Of a stretch of DNA of 64,000 nucleotides, positions 9,633 to 18,800 are shown piece after piece (position 1 is the first letter of the stretch; each line of letters begins with the position of its first letter). Source of the stretch: a virus (Duplodnaviria > Heunggongvirae > Uroviricota > Caudoviricetes); IMG/VR virus record IMGVR_UViG_3300042154_004306; one strand, 5' to 3'. A program made the translations under genes and the position numbers. Below the pieces are notes generated by a model. That model was not told the DNA's origin. It made no database searches and worked only from the letters and a program-made list of their open reading frames with translations.

Positions 9633-10358
9633 TTAATAAACTTTATTGGAAAATTTGGCATCTGGATAAACCCGGTTTGCGAATTTTATCCAGGTCTTAA
9701 TGACCTTATTGGACTCGTTGTCAGTTATTAAACCTGACTTAATAAAAGGCTTTAAATAAATTTCAAATTCTTGGTCGAGTGGAATTCTCTTTCTAACGGC
9801 GGCTGTATACATTCCAGCAACCATTGCAGGAATTTCGTCAGCTAATAAAAAATATTTGTATGAAGTTTCAGCCTGTGACCTAACCTTATTTGGGGTTTTA
9901 ATTATGTGACCGGCTCGGCGATTGATTCCGGTCTGCAGCAGATGTTCAATTTCGTGCCTAACGTATTCACCGAGTTTATGACCAAGCGTCTCATAACTTA
10001 CAGGCTCAGCGGCTGGACTAATATAGAGAACTAACTCTAACTCAGGATCCTCATTTTCCGAAGCTTTTGGGATGTAGGCATTTGCGTCTAACGCAAATCC
10101 ATTATCTTCAAAATTTAAAACTTCCCAAGGAAGAGCTTTGAAATGAGCAGACTTTTTTGGATTAAATTGGACCACTCTTTTCACAATAAAATTTAGACTA
10201 AACTCGAGTGGATCAGAATAAGTTAGTTCTTGATGAACTGCTTTACCTAGCTTGGTGCCAGCTGTGGTTTTCACGATTGCAAAAAGATCGCGGGCAATTG
10301 CATGAGCAAGAGAATCAAACGTTGATTCGTATATGAAGTTTTTGAACGGCTTTATCAT
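9633..10358 (-). CDS. HExxH (zincin-like) protein, possible internal head protein
   Basis: RHEIEH plus downstream Y....DEI.A; N-terminus MIKPFKNFIYE. Confidence 0.55.
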   Translation of the reverse strand: MIKPFKNFIYESTFDSLAHAIARDLFAIVKTTAGTKLGKAVHQELTYSDPLEFSLNFIVKRVVQFNPKKSAHFKALPWEVLNFEDNGFALDANAYIPKASENEDPELELVLYISPAAEPVSYETLGHKLGEYVRHEIEHLLQTGINRRAGHIIKTPNKVRSQAETSYKYFLLADEIPAMVAGMYTAAVRKRIPLDQEFEIYLKPFIKSGLITDNESNKVIKTWIKFANRVYPDAKFSNKVY

Positions 10359-10900
10359 TTGGATGTTATAAAAATTAGGTCAAGCTTAGCAGTTGATGGG
10401 ATTTGCTTAGTATCGTAATCTACGTCAACGTCGCCACGGTCCTTACCTAGCTTATTTGAAGTTGCTGCCGTTTTTAATTTATCGAATAGAGTTTTCTCGA
10501 TAGGTTTCATACCGCTCACAGCTTGAGAAAGATCTTCTTTGTTTGCGTCTAATTTAGAATCGGTGATCCATTTATCTAGATCAGCCTGATTGATTTCGTA
10601 TTCTTTGTATCTTTTAACTCCGCCGCCGTCAGCGTACTTAGAGTGCCAAGGTTTAGCAGAGTCTAAAAATACGACTTTAAATACGGATTGCCCAACGGTT
10701 GGAGCTGGCGCATTTGGGTCAGGTGGTAAAGTTGCACCAGCTAATGGGTCTGACATTGGGTCTGCTCCAAAGTCCATTGATTGTGGAGCTGATGCTAGTG
10801 GATCAGCCGGTGGAGCAGGCTCAGCGGCCGGTGCAGGCGCTGGAGCAGCCTCGTCTGCTTCTAAGAGTAGCTTAAATTTGTTAAATGATAGTATTTCCAT
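10355..10900 (-). CDS. hypothetical Ala/Pro-rich late protein (start revised to ATG 10900, MEILSFNKFKLLLE)
   Basis: The track's 15 upstream codons overlap the nrdA terminator and a late promoter, so the downstream ATG is more plausible. Confidence 0.65.
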   Translation of the reverse strand: MEILSFNKFKLLLEADEAAPAPAPAAEPAPPADPLASAPQSMDFGADPMSDPLAGATLPPDPNAPAPTVGQSVFKVVFLDSAKPWHSKYADGGGVKRYKEYEINQADLDKWITDSKLDANKEDLSQAVSGMKPIEKTLFDKLKTAATSNKLGKDRGDVDVDYDTKQIPSTAKLDLIFITSK

Positions 10901-10907
10901 GATAGTA

Positions 10908-10916
10908 TTATTTATA
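10908..10916 (-). promoter_or_regulatory. late promoter TATAAATAA
   Basis: Exact T4 late consensus just upstream of ATG 10900. Confidence 0.65.
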
Positions 10917-10920
10917 AACC

Positions 10921-10947
10921 AAAAATGGGGACACAATGCCCCCATTT
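10921..10947 (-). terminator. intrinsic terminator after nrdA
   Basis: AAATGGGG...CCCCATTT hairpin with a T-run on the minus strand. Confidence 0.65.
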
Positions 10948-10966
10948 AGTTGAAATTAAGTTTAGA

Positions 10967-13387
10967 TTATGACCCGCAAGCTAGACAGTCATCCTTGTTA
11001 TCAAGAGAACAGATTATATCATTTGAGTTCGGTAAAGTATCGTCTTGAGCAATCTGGATGACAGGTTGTGATTTAGCAGAGGCGTCTACGCCTAGTCCAG
11101 CAATCGCTGAAGTAGCTGCTTCCGTTCTTAGATAATACATTCCAGTCTTAAGACCTCTTTTCCAAGAATGAAAGTGAGCCGATGTCAATTTGGCAGTATT
11201 AACATCTCTAAAAAAGAGATTAAGCGACTGAGATTGACAAATGAATTTACCTCGGTCAGCTGACATATCAATGATGGTCTTTTGAGATATTTCCCAAACC
11301 GTTTTATAAATTAATTTAAGTTCATCTGGAATATTAGGAATATTTTGAATTGATCCCTTTTCCACGATAATTCGGTTTCTCATTGAATCTGACCAAAGGC
11401 CAAGTTCAGCAAGGTCTCTAACTAGATGTTTATTGACGGTTATGAATTCGCCAGCTAAAGTTCTACGAGTTCCGATATTTGAGGTAAATGCCTCAAATGC
11501 TTCATTATTACCCATGATTTGAGCGGTTGATGCGGTTGGCATTGGAGCAAGCAATAGGGAATTTCTAGCACCATGCTTCATTAACTTTTTACGTAAAGCT
11601 GCCCAATCCCAAAGGCCTGACAATTGTTCATCCGTAAAGCCCCATAAATTGAATTGAAATTGGCCAGTGCTTAATGGAGAGCCTTCATAAGAAGAATACA
11701 CTCCATCTTTTTTAGCTAGGTCAATTGAGGCTTCCATTGCTGCATAATAAATGGTTTCATGGATTTCCTCATTTAATTTTTTAGACTCTTCATTTCCAAA
11801 TTCTAATCCCATTAGAGCAAAAGTATCTGCTAAACCTTGAACGCCTATTCCAATTGGACGGTGTTTTAGATTAGAGTTTTTAGTCTCAGGCGTTGGATAA
11901 AAATTGATGTCAATTACCTTGTTCAAGTTAAGAGTAGTTTGATACGCAACTTCGTATAGAGCATTATAATTGTATTCAGCAGTAGGTTTTCTTAATTTAC
12001 CAGCTTTCTTACCTAAGATAACAAATTGATTTACTGGAATTGAGGCTAAGTTACAAACCGCCTGTTCATCCTTTGACGTGTACTCAATAATCTCCGTACA
12101 TAAGTTAGAAGATTTAATTGTGCCTAAGTTCTTTTGATTAGACTTACGATTCGCAGAATCCTTAAAAAGAATGTATGGTGTACCTGTTTCAATTTGAGAC
12201 TCTAGAATTTTTTGCCATAGTACACGAGCTTTAAAGGTTCTACGACCCTTACCCTCTGCTTCAAGGCGAACATAATTACTTTCGAATTCTTCTCCGTACA
12301 TTTCCCAAAGTTCACAGTCAATTTCGGCTGGGCAGAAAGTTGTCCAATCGCCATCCTCTTCAACGCGTTTCATGAATAGATCAGGAGTCCACATTGCTAA
12401 GAAAAGATCTCTTGCTCTGCGCTCTTCCTTACCGTGGTTTTTTCTAAGATCAAGAAAATCTTCAACATCATCATGCCAAGGTTCTAAATAAACTGCAAAT
12501 GAACCTTTACGTTTTCCACCGCCTTGATCAACGTATCTAGCAGTTTCATTGTAAACCTTTAACATTGGAACGATTCCGTTTGAGGTACCATTGGTTCCTT
12601 TAATATACGAGCCGGTTGCTCTAATGTTTGAGACGGCTATACCAATACCACCGGCATTTTGAGAAATGGCAGCAACGTCAGAAAGAGTTTTATAGATTCC
12701 AGAAATAGAGTCGTCGTTCATCATTAATAAGAAGCACGAAGAAAGTTGAGGTCTTCTTGTTCCAGCATTGAATAGAGTTGGTGTTGCATGGGTCATTTGA
12801 TGAGTTGACAATAATTCATAAGTTTTTAGAACTTGCTGAATGTCCATTCCCCAAATACCAACGGCCACTCTCATGTAAAGGTGCTGGGGAGTTTCAGCAG
12901 GCTGGCCGTGAGTTTTTAATAGGTAACTTTTTTCAAGAGTTTTAAACCCAAAATAGTCAAAATTAAGATCCCTATCATGAATGATTGCTTCATTCAGTGT
13001 GTTCTTGTACTTTTGAACGGCTTCATACGTTTCGTCTGAAATAATGCACGCGTTCTTACCAGTTTTTGGATCTATGTAATTGTATAAGTGATCAATTGTA
13101 TCACTAAACGATTTATGAGTAGTTTTATGTAATCTAGTTATCGCAATTCTTGCTGCAAGAATTGAATAGTCTGGATGCATGTAAGCCAATGCCGCTGCTG
13201 TTTCTGCGGCTAACAGATCAAGCTGTTGGGTGTTTATTCCATCGTAGATTCCGGCCACTACTTTAGTTGCAACCTCTAATGCATCAACATATTCAGTATT
13301 TAATCCGTATGTTTGTTTTTTAATTCGATTTGTGATTTTATCAAGCTTTAGCGTTTCACTATGGCCATCTCTTTTTATTACCTTCAT
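10967..13387 (-). CDS. nrdA: class Ia ribonucleotide reductase alpha subunit with ATP cone
   Basis: MKVIKRDG ATP cone, ATPTLFNAG, SSCF, SNLCTEI, APMPTAST, KTGMYYLR and C-terminal CLACGS. Confidence 0.97.
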   Translation of the reverse strand: MKVIKRDGHSETLKLDKITNRIKKQTYGLNTEYVDALEVATKVVAGIYDGINTQQLDLLAAETAAALAYMHPDYSILAARIAITRLHKTTHKSFSDTIDHLYNYIDPKTGKNACIISDETYEAVQKYKNTLNEAIIHDRDLNFDYFGFKTLEKSYLLKTHGQPAETPQHLYMRVAVGIWGMDIQQVLKTYELLSTHQMTHATPTLFNAGTRRPQLSSCFLLMMNDDSISGIYKTLSDVAAISQNAGGIGIAVSNIRATGSYIKGTNGTSNGIVPMLKVYNETARYVDQGGGKRKGSFAVYLEPWHDDVEDFLDLRKNHGKEERRARDLFLAMWTPDLFMKRVEEDGDWTTFCPAEIDCELWEMYGEEFESNYVRLEAEGKGRRTFKARVLWQKILESQIETGTPYILFKDSANRKSNQKNLGTIKSSNLCTEIIEYTSKDEQAVCNLASIPVNQFVILGKKAGKLRKPTAEYNYNALYEVAYQTTLNLNKVIDINFYPTPETKNSNLKHRPIGIGVQGLADTFALMGLEFGNEESKKLNEEIHETIYYAAMEASIDLAKKDGVYSSYEGSPLSTGQFQFNLWGFTDEQLSGLWDWAALRKKLMKHGARNSLLLAPMPTASTAQIMGNNEAFEAFTSNIGTRRTLAGEFITVNKHLVRDLAELGLWSDSMRNRIIVEKGSIQNIPNIPDELKLIYKTVWEISQKTIIDMSADRGKFICQSQSLNLFFRDVNTAKLTSAHFHSWKRGLKTGMYYLRTEAATSAIAGLGVDASAKSQPVIQIAQDDTLPNSNDIICSLDNKDDCLACGS

Positions 13388-13410
13388 TTATTTAGTTTTT
13401 TTGATGTTTT

Positions 13411-14373
13411 TTAAAAATCTGCGTCTAATGAAAATCCTGTGTCTCCTCCAGATTTAACTCCAGCTTTTTGGTATTCGCCAACTCTCTTTTCAAAGAAATT
13501 AGTTTTACCATTTAGTGCAATGTTAACCATGAAATCAAACGGATTTGTTGAATTAAAAACTTTTGCGCAACCTAAATCAGATAGTAATCTATCGCTAACA
13601 AATTCCAAGTATTGCTTCATTAAGTCAGAATTCATGCCTATTAATTTAACAGGAAGAGCCTCTGTAATGAATTCCTTTTCAATTTCTAAGGCGGATAATA
13701 TGATTTCTTTTATTCTTTCTTCTGAAACTTTATTAACTACATGGTTGTTGTGTAGGTGGACTGCAAAGTCGGTATGAGAACCTTCATCTCGTGAAATAAG
13801 TTCATTAGAAAAACTTAGTCCTGGCATGAGGCCTCTTTTCTTAAGCCAAAAAATAGAACAGAATGAACCTGAGAAGAATATACCTTCAACCGCCGCAAAT
13901 GCAATTAGCCTCTCTTGAAATGTAGAGTTCTTGATCCAGTTAAGGGCCCATTCGGCCTTCTTTGCAACCGCTGGGATAGTATCAACCGCTCTAAATAGAT
14001 GCAGTTTTTCTGCTGGGTCGGTGATGTATGTATCAATTAGAAGAGAATATGTTTCAGAATGAATGTTTTCCATCATGATCTGAAATCCATAAAAGAATTT
14101 TGCTTCTGGGTACTGGACCTCTTTAACGAAGTTCTCGGCAATATTCTCATTAACAATACCGTCGCTCGCTGCAAAAAATGCCAATATGTGTTTAACAAAA
14201 TGGCGTTCGTCATCGTTTAATCGAGATCGCCAGTCAACTAGGTCAGCAGCTAAATCTATTTCCTCAGCTGTCCAAAATGAAGCTTCTGATTTTTTATAAA
14301 ATTCCCACAAGTCATGGTGCTGAATTGGGAAGACAACGAATCGATTTGGATTCTCTTGTAAAATAGGTTCCAT
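13411..14373 (-). CDS. nrdB: class Ia ribonucleotide reductase beta subunit
   Basis: [45 protein letters not shown] and [10 protein letters not shown]. Confidence 0.97.
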   Translation of the reverse strand: MEPILQENPNRFVVFPIQHHDLWEFYKKSEASFWTAEEIDLAADLVDWRSRLNDDERHFVKHILAFFAASDGIVNENIAENFVKEVQYPEAKFFYGFQIMMENIHSETYSLLIDTYITDPAEKLHLFRAVDTIPAVAKKAEWALNWIKNSTFQERLIAFAAVEGIFFSGSFCSIFWLKKRGLMPGLSFSNELISRDEGSHTDFAVHLHNNHVVNKVSEERIKEIILSALEIEKEFITEALPVKLIGMNSDLMKQYLEFVSDRLLSDLGCAKVFNSTNPFDFMVNIALNGKTNFFEKRVGEYQKAGVKSGGDTGFSLDADF

Positions 14374-14492
14374 AATGTTCTTTATTATTAGTTTAATTGT
14401 AAAATGCGATGTATCGTTCGAGTTATGGTGTTGTGTGCTCGGTTAAAAGAAACTAGTGTGTTTAAATGATTAACCTAATGAGCACCGAACAT

Positions 14493-14558
14493 AAAAAAGT
14501 GGTATTTTATTATTTGATCTTTACATCTTAGTTATTTATTCGAATATAAAATACCACT
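14493..14558 (-). terminator. 13-bp hairpin with U-tract, carrying a late-promoter element in its loop
   Basis: Perfect inverted repeat AGTGGTATTTTAT (14498-14510) / ATAAAATACCACT (14546-14558). AATAAATAA lies on the minus strand at 14532-14540. Confidence 0.5.
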
Positions 14559-14574
14559 CTTTGCGGTTTTCGGT

Positions 14575-15756
14575 TTAAATAAAGTCAAACTTTAATTGTT
14601 TCCGGATCGCATCAACTCGGTAAACTTTAATTTGACCTTGGTCATTAATTCTAAATCGACCTTTTAGGTGGTTAACATCCGTGTGAAATATTTTGTCTGA
14701 ATCTGGCATTTGAATTGCCAATTTAAAGTTTTGTTTATTTAGAGTGAATTCTAATGTTTGACCTTCAATTGAATCCTTTAGGCTTTGCCAGGTCAATTGG
14801 TCTTCTCCTATTTTTTCAAGAGAGTCGGTTAGAATTATTCTAGGCTCGCCTTTCTTAAGAACAATATCCTTGACATAAAAGTCTATTTGATCGCCTGATT
14901 TATAGTTTCGACTAACTTCTTCATAATTGGCAAATTCAGTTTTATGCAATAAGCCGGTGAAGTAGTTTTGGAATTCAACGAACATTCCAAAGTCATAAGG
15001 TTTGTTAGTTAGAATACCCGTGTATTTTTCACCGAATTTAAGTTCATGAACTCTTTGCGGTAACGTCTGCTTAATGTACTTCTTGTAAGAAACAATGAAT
15101 AACTCATTGGCTGCATCGTAGTTCTCAATCATTACCGGGATTTCCTTGTTCAAGTACTCATTAAAGTCTCTAATTACGTTAGCTGCTGCGTGTGATCCAG
15201 GTAAGAAGCATTTAACTGTGCCTTTGTAAAGAGCAAGGTAACCGCCTTTAACTAAGTTAGTCACTTTAACGTAGAACCATTTTTCAGTCTTAAGGAATTC
15301 TTCAAGATCGTCACGGTAAGTTAATGCTGCACAACGTTTTTCAGAACCTAAATAGTAGCCATCGTCTATTTTATAGATAACGATCTTGAAGCTAGCACTT
15401 ATTTCATTGTGGACTAATAGTGATGGTTCTTCGGTAAATTCTCTAAACGGAATGAAGATTGTAGATAGTGTTGCATCGTCTTGAGCTTCAATAATTTTAT
15501 TATCGAAGTCAATTCGTTTTGCAGTTACTTTACAAACACGGCCAGCTTCAAAGTCCTTATTTGCAGGTGTCATAAGACTACCGGATGAATAGTAAAGATT
15601 GTAAAGTTCTTGAGCGTAAGGTTCTTTACAAAAGATCTGTACGCGCGCTTTTTTGTCCGCTGGAGTTAGTTTGATTCTATGATTAATTTTGTCATGGCCT
15701 TGGCTGAATAACAAATCAAAATCAATAACTTCTTGAGCGTTTTGGGTTTTTTGCAT
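14575..15756 (-). CDS. ribosomal protein S1-like multi-S1-domain protein
   Basis: S1 repeats V..LVKGGYL...CFLPGSH, IVSYK and G......DFGMFVEF...TGLLHKTEF....GDQIDFYV. Confidence 0.8.
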   Translation of the reverse strand: MQKTQNAQEVIDFDLLFSQGHDKINHRIKLTPADKKARVQIFCKEPYAQELYNLYYSSGSLMTPANKDFEAGRVCKVTAKRIDFDNKIIEAQDDATLSTIFIPFREFTEEPSLLVHNEISASFKIVIYKIDDGYYLGSEKRCAALTYRDDLEEFLKTEKWFYVKVTNLVKGGYLALYKGTVKCFLPGSHAAANVIRDFNEYLNKEIPVMIENYDAANELFIVSYKKYIKQTLPQRVHELKFGEKYTGILTNKPYDFGMFVEFQNYFTGLLHKTEFANYEEVSRNYKSGDQIDFYVKDIVLKKGEPRIILTDSLEKIGEDQLTWQSLKDSIEGQTLEFTLNKQNFKLAIQMPDSDKIFHTDVNHLKGRFRINDQGQIKVYRVDAIRKQLKFDFI

Positions 15757-15786
15757 ATACGTTATATTAGTGAGATTAACTACTTA

Positions 15787-15813
15787 ATTATACACAGAAA
15801 CCTCTTCAGGTTT
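15787..15813 (-). promoter_or_regulatory. non-late promoter AAACC-N13-GTGTATAAT
   Basis: Motif upstream of the S1-like gene. Confidence 0.65.
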
Positions 15814-15819
15814 TAAAAA

Positions 15820-18800
15820 TTAATGAATTCCAGGATCTGAAGTAATCATCCTAACTCCGGTGAATATACCTGGCATTTTTGTTGCAAATATTAGGCTACC
15901 GGTTGAGGTTAGACTGGATCTCCAGGCTATTTCATCTAGAAAAATTGCAAATAGTGGATTCTTATGAGTCAGTCTTTCCCATGGTGGAAGATCATCCTGA
16001 TTAACAAATGGGTTTGCTGCAATTCTAGCAATCTTGACTCCAGGTTTACTTGCAAAAGCTGGGGCTAGAATTGCAAGGAGATATGCAGTTTCTCTTAGAA
16101 TAGGTTCAGTTGCCGTTACTACTGGTACATACGCGGCTCTAATTAAGTTAATTGCTTCAAGATTCATGATTCGAGTCTTAGCTGAGTTTGGAATTTGAAG
16201 CTGTAGAGCTAATGTAAGTAGTTTAATTGGTAGAATGAATGGATTGGATGACTCAATGATATTAAGGGATAGGTCTTTAAAACTTTGCGCAATATTCAAA
16301 ACAGGCACAACAATATTTTTAAGAGGTTCTAGGATTCCATCAATAGCGGCAAATAACAAGCCTCTAATCAATTCAACTAGGTCAGTAGAAGTCAACAGTG
16401 CAAAATAAGAGACGAGATCTAATGGAATGTTTGGAATCTTTGGTAAAGTCAAGACTATTCCATTAGGTAATTTGACCGAAACTGTTTTTGAAATGTTCGT
16501 TGTAGAAACGGTTGCAAATTGAGAATCTCCACATGGAACTTGCTTAATAATTTCCTGAAGAGTTGGAGAATCGATACTAAGTCCTGTAAATTCTAGCAGG
16601 TTGCCAGCATCCGATAATAATCTTAATAATAATTCAAGTAAATACGCAATTGCAGCTTTGAGTAAAGGTTTTATGATTGCATTCAATGGAATTACGATGG
16701 GCACTGGAAATACTGGACCTAGTGGAATTGGTGCCTGCGGTATATGAGTGGCTGTTAACACAGGAAGTATCATGGTCTTGTATATTGCAACAACATCAGG
16801 TAATTCAGGAATTGAAATTGGCGGAAAGGCAGATAGCGCTGAATCGAATAGAGATTTTACTGAGTCTATTCCAATACGATCAACCGCATCTCCAAACATG
16901 CTCTTTAGAGTATCGATTGTTATTCCTTGTAAAAATGCATCTAATAATGCATTAAAAATAGCAATCGCGGCAAGCACTTGAGGAGAAGGTAGGCTAATTG
17001 GTTTAGTGGAATCGGTTGCACAGCATGGAGCAGTCGGATCAAATAGTTTAATAGTTGGCGGAGTTAATGCAAGTGAAGATAATGCAAAAGCTGCTTTGAT
17101 TCTCTTCTTACGTAATTCATTTGCTTTTGCAATCTCTGCCTTTCTTTCTTCAGATAAATTGGGATCAATGTCTTCATTTGTAGTTTTATCTCCAGTTGCA
17201 TGAGCCAACGCGTCAGTTGCAAATTTCTTTATTGCTTTTTTAAATTCATCAACGTCTTCTAATTTGTTTAAGTTGAATTCTTTCTTAGGTAGATCAAGTT
17301 TATTTGGATCAATTTGTGATGCAAACTTCTTGATTATTGCAATCAAGTTTTTAGATTTTAAATCTGGGATAAGTTCTCCCCTAGAGGCTTTTTCAATTAG
17401 TGGCTGTGCCGCAGTTACTGCACCCGGTAATTTAGGGTTAAGTCGAGTGGCATTCTTTGGGATTGAGATTGTGCCTAAATTAATCTTATCGATATAGGTT
17501 TCAAAGTCAGAAAGTACACTTTGAATTTTTTCAGTTAATTGTATTGGATCAAGAGATCGAGCCTTATCCTTTGCCGCGAGTCTATCCTTAGGGTCAGTAA
17601 TATCTTCAGCACCCACTACACCTTTTTGTCTAGTTGATCGGGTTTTTTCCTTTAATTGAGTAACTGCATTTATTTGCATATCTCCCAAAATCTTGAATTG
17701 AGCATTGAGATCAGCTTTAAATTTAGTAGTGATATTAATAAATTCCTCAGCAGCACCTCCATCAAGAGCCGCGACAGACGCTTCAAATTTTCCCAAATAA
17801 TTTTGTAGATAGAATTGTGGATCGATCTCTTTAATTGGAAGGCCATCAGGTGTTTTAATTGATGGTTTTTTACCTTGAGCAAGATCAGCAGCGAATGCTG
17901 CTAGCCTAACCGCTTTTGAAGAACCCGCAGCTAACGTAATCGGTATAGTTAAGGAGCCTTTGACTAATTGACCTTTATGCGGATTTGAATTGCTTAGGCC
18001 AATTGGATTATCAGATTCACCGGATGTGTCGATTTCAAATCCATACTTGCTTGCGCCTGGTGTAAATACCAATGGAATGTTTGGAGCAAGTAGCATGTAC
18101 TTATTACCGTCTGGCGAAAAGTAAAACATGTAAACAGACGGTAATGGAATTCCAACGATAAGCGCAGGTAGAGTCAAAAAGGTTACTAGGGTTCCAAGTG
18201 AAGATGATAAAGAAAATAAGGCTCTCCATTTTTGAGGCATTGGAATCATGACCACGCCGGCTGGAGTTGGAATGATATTGTTTATTGGATAATATCTAAA
18301 GAGCGGAGCAGTTAAATCCGGAATTGGTAACAAGCTAACTGCATTTAGCGAATTTGCAAATTCTTTCCAGTAACACGGGTTATTCATGTCCGGTAGACTT
18401 GAGTCCGTGCCAGAAAGAGTTCGAATCATTAATGGGTCAGTTCCTAACTTTTTCTTAGTTTCAGCCTCACAATCCTTTGCGGTTGCTTTAGCCTTAGCTG
18501 CATCTTTGAAACAGGCAACCGTCGAAATCCTTTTGGCTAAAACGTCAGGATCCATTGAATTTTGAGTTATCAATTCGGAAATCTGATCAATATTATATTG
18601 AATATCTTTGATCTTTTGATCAATTTCATCAGCTGCTTTGGTGTAGTATGCAAGCCTTGAGGATATGACTTTATCTAGAGAAGAATATGTGAATTCACCA
18701 GCTAAGTAAATATTTGAACCTTTAGCTTTATAGGTTAATGGCCGAGCTAATCTAACTTCAGCATCCGTAGTTTGTCTAAAGAAATCGGCCGCTTCAGATT

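Noticed and set aside
10901-10945. N-terminal extension MGALCPHFWFINNTI in the ORF track
   Set aside because: It overlaps the nrdA terminator and a late promoter; ATG 10900 is the more plausible start.
10967-14373. Introns or inteins in nrdA/nrdB
   Set aside because: Both are normal length and uninterrupted.
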